DNA of 64,000 nt, taken from contig JAJOJF010000036.1 in NCBI GenBank assembly GCA_021208885.1, positions 13,197 to 77,196 on the forward strand, written 5' to 3'. This document shows positions 62,559-64,000 of this stretch, in pieces. This DNA is from Burkholderiaceae bacterium. Its GTDB lineage: Bacteria; Pseudomonadota; Gammaproteobacteria; Burkholderiales; Burkholderiaceae_B. Every line of letters starts with the position of its first letter. Positions within the stretch are counted from its first letter, which is position 1. The position numbers were made by a program, and so were the translations under genes. The notes beneath the pieces are model-generated. The model was given only the letters and a program-made list of their open reading frames with translations, was not told the origin of the DNA and did not search any database.

Positions 62559-63860
62559 TCAGGTTGCGCGGGTCAGTCGGCTCTGCGGGAACACTAAACT
62601 AAAGGTACTGCCCTTTTGCAGACGACTTTGAATTTGTAGCTCTGCCTCATGGCGCATGGCCACATGTTTGGTGATGGCCAGCCCTAAGCCAGTACCACCA
62701 GCAGCACGTGAGCGGCTACGATCGACCCGGTAAAACCGTTCGCTAAGCCGCGGAATATGTTCAGCTGCGATTCCGATGCCGGTGTCTCTGACGCTAAATC
62801 GTGCCCCGGATCCTTCTGAGGCCCATTTGACATAGATCGTGCCTTTGTCAGGCGTATACCGCACGGCATTGGTCAAGAGGTTGGCAAATGCCGAGGTAAG
62901 CTCAGACGGGGCACCCAAGAGGTTAAGGCCTGGTTCGACTTCCCACTCGAAACGGTGTCGACCAGCAGACAATGCCTCAATTTGCTGACGCAAGCCATCG
63001 ATCATTTCACCCACGTCAACGGTCACCTGTTCGGCTTCTGGTGACGTTTCCAGGTTTGACAGAGTCAACAGATCCGAGACAATTGACTGCATGCGCTTGG
63101 CCTGCTCGCGCATGAGCCCGAAGTAATGCTGTGTCTGTTCTTCGGTTAGCGCCCCGGCAGGTGCTTCGCTGATGGTCTCTACGAACCCAGCCAGGACTGT
63201 CAAGGGTGTGCGCAGCTCGTGCGAGACATTGGCCACAAAGTCGCGGCGGGTGGTCTCTAGCTTGTCGATCTGCGTCAGGTCGCGTGTGATCAGCAGTCGT
63301 TGTTCGCGGGCATAGACCACGAATTGCATCATCATCAGTTTGTCTTGGTTGCCCTGGTGTGTTTTAAGGATGATGGGGTCTGGCCAGGTACGTTGGCGCG
63401 CGTACCGTAAAAACTCGGGTTGTCGGATTAGGTGCAGCAAATTGCTGCCAAGGTCGGTTTGTTCGTTCAAGTTCAATTGCTGGCGCGCGGCTTTGTTGAA
63501 CCAGATAATTGACAGCGACTGATCTAGCGCGATAACACCAACAGGCAAGGCCTGGGCGGCGGCCATGACAGCATCGCTGGTTTCCTGGGCTTGCGCTAGC
63601 AGTTCGTTTTGTAGGTGAAGGTTGTGCTCGAGTTGGCGCACAACATCAGTCCAGGGGCCAACGTCTTGCGGTGGGGTTTTGTCGCGCGCTGACTTTAGCC
63701 AATTGGCCACGCGGGCTGCCTGATAGCGGCGCCACGTTGTCAAGCCACCAAAGCCAACGCCCATGGCGATCCAGCCCAGGTTGCTGCCCCAGACCAGGTA
63801 AATCGCCGTAGCGGCGATCAAGCTAAATACAAACCACCAAAGGGTCTTGCGCCATTGCAT
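62559..63860 (-). CDS. phoR: Phosphate regulon sensor kinase
   Basis: Two TM helices, PAS, RDFVANVSHELRTPLTV, NAVRYT, ERFYRVDRSRSR, GTGLGL; start uncertain. Confidence 0.93.
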   Translation of the reverse strand: MQWRKTLWWFVFSLIAATAIYLVWGSNLGWIAMGVGFGGLTTWRRYQAARVANWLKSARDKTPPQDVGPWTDVVRQLEHNLHLQNELLAQAQETSDAVMAAAQALPVGVIALDQSLSIIWFNKAARQQLNLNEQTDLGSNLLHLIRQPEFLRYARQRTWPDPIILKTHQGNQDKLMMMQFVVYAREQRLLITRDLTQIDKLETTRRDFVANVSHELRTPLTVLAGFVETISEAPAGALTEEQTQHYFGLMREQAKRMQSIVSDLLTLSNLETSPEAEQVTVDVGEMIDGLRQQIEALSAGRHRFEWEVEPGLNLLGAPSELTSAFANLLTNAVRYTPDKGTIYVKWASEGSGARFSVRDTGIGIAAEHIPRLSERFYRVDRSRSRAAGGTGLGLAITKHVAMRHEAELQIQSRLQKGSTFSLVFPQSRLTRAT

Positions 63861-63916
63861 GAGGCGAATTGTCGCACGCGGCCAATCCGCTGTGCGTGCC
63901 ATACCACCGCCGTCCA

Positions 63917-64000
63917 TCAGTTTTGAATGGCTTGGCGGGTAAAGCGATAGCCGGTGCCGCGCACCGTCTCGATGTGCTTGTCATGCCCGCTTGGCTCTAA
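63917..64000 (-). CDS. phoB: Response regulator PhoB, C-terminal end only
   Basis: Minus strand LEPSGHDKHIETVRGTGYRF...*; directly upstream of phoR. Confidence 0.85.
   Translation of the reverse strand, partial: LEPSGHDKHIETVRGTGYRFTRQAIQN

Noticed and set aside
1-64000. CRISPR array, integron, prophage, transposase, riboswitch or defence system
   Set aside because: No regular repeat-spacer array, attC-type cores, mobility genes or recognisable riboswitch consensus seen by eye; a covariance-model scan would be needed to exclude small RNAs

Overview
A 64-kb chromosomal segment from a betaproteobacterium; gene order and protein style suggest Alcaligenaceae (Bordetella/Orrella-like). It is mostly core genome: mlaA-mlaC-ABC-bolA-murA-his-HIT-tatABC; nif3-mscL-petABC-sspAB-tRNA-Thr(UGU); bioC-comF-trmL-gpsA-secB-grxC-rhodanese-gpmA-envC-ctpA-moeB; argB; BON-gmhA-rsmI-rlpA; rapZ-hprK-ptsN-hpf-lptBAC-kdsCD; purT-ilvA; a large FAD/Fe-S oxidoreductase; pxpBCA; phoR-phoB. 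There are three variable spots. (1) A regulator-only LysR/XRE pair after tatC. (2) About 10 kb after tRNA-Thr, with a hairpin-rich non-coding stretch, a lipoprotein hydrolase, a sulfurtransferase, two 2-hydroxyacid redox enzymes, a secreted Ntn acylase, garD, paiB and a nitronate monooxygenase. (3) A pabB-pabC fusion where yraN usually sits, next to a pair of 24-bp palindromes. Several genes usually found in these operons (hisC, rpoN, yraN, a DegQ-like protease, slmA) are not in their usual places. About seven single-base frameshifts in otherwise intact genes look like long-read consensus errors. I see no integrase, transposase, CRISPR array, phage gene or defence system, and no clear-cut novel system. 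The best leads are regulatory or metabolic and are hypotheses. All product calls come from motif recognition and synteny, not database searches.
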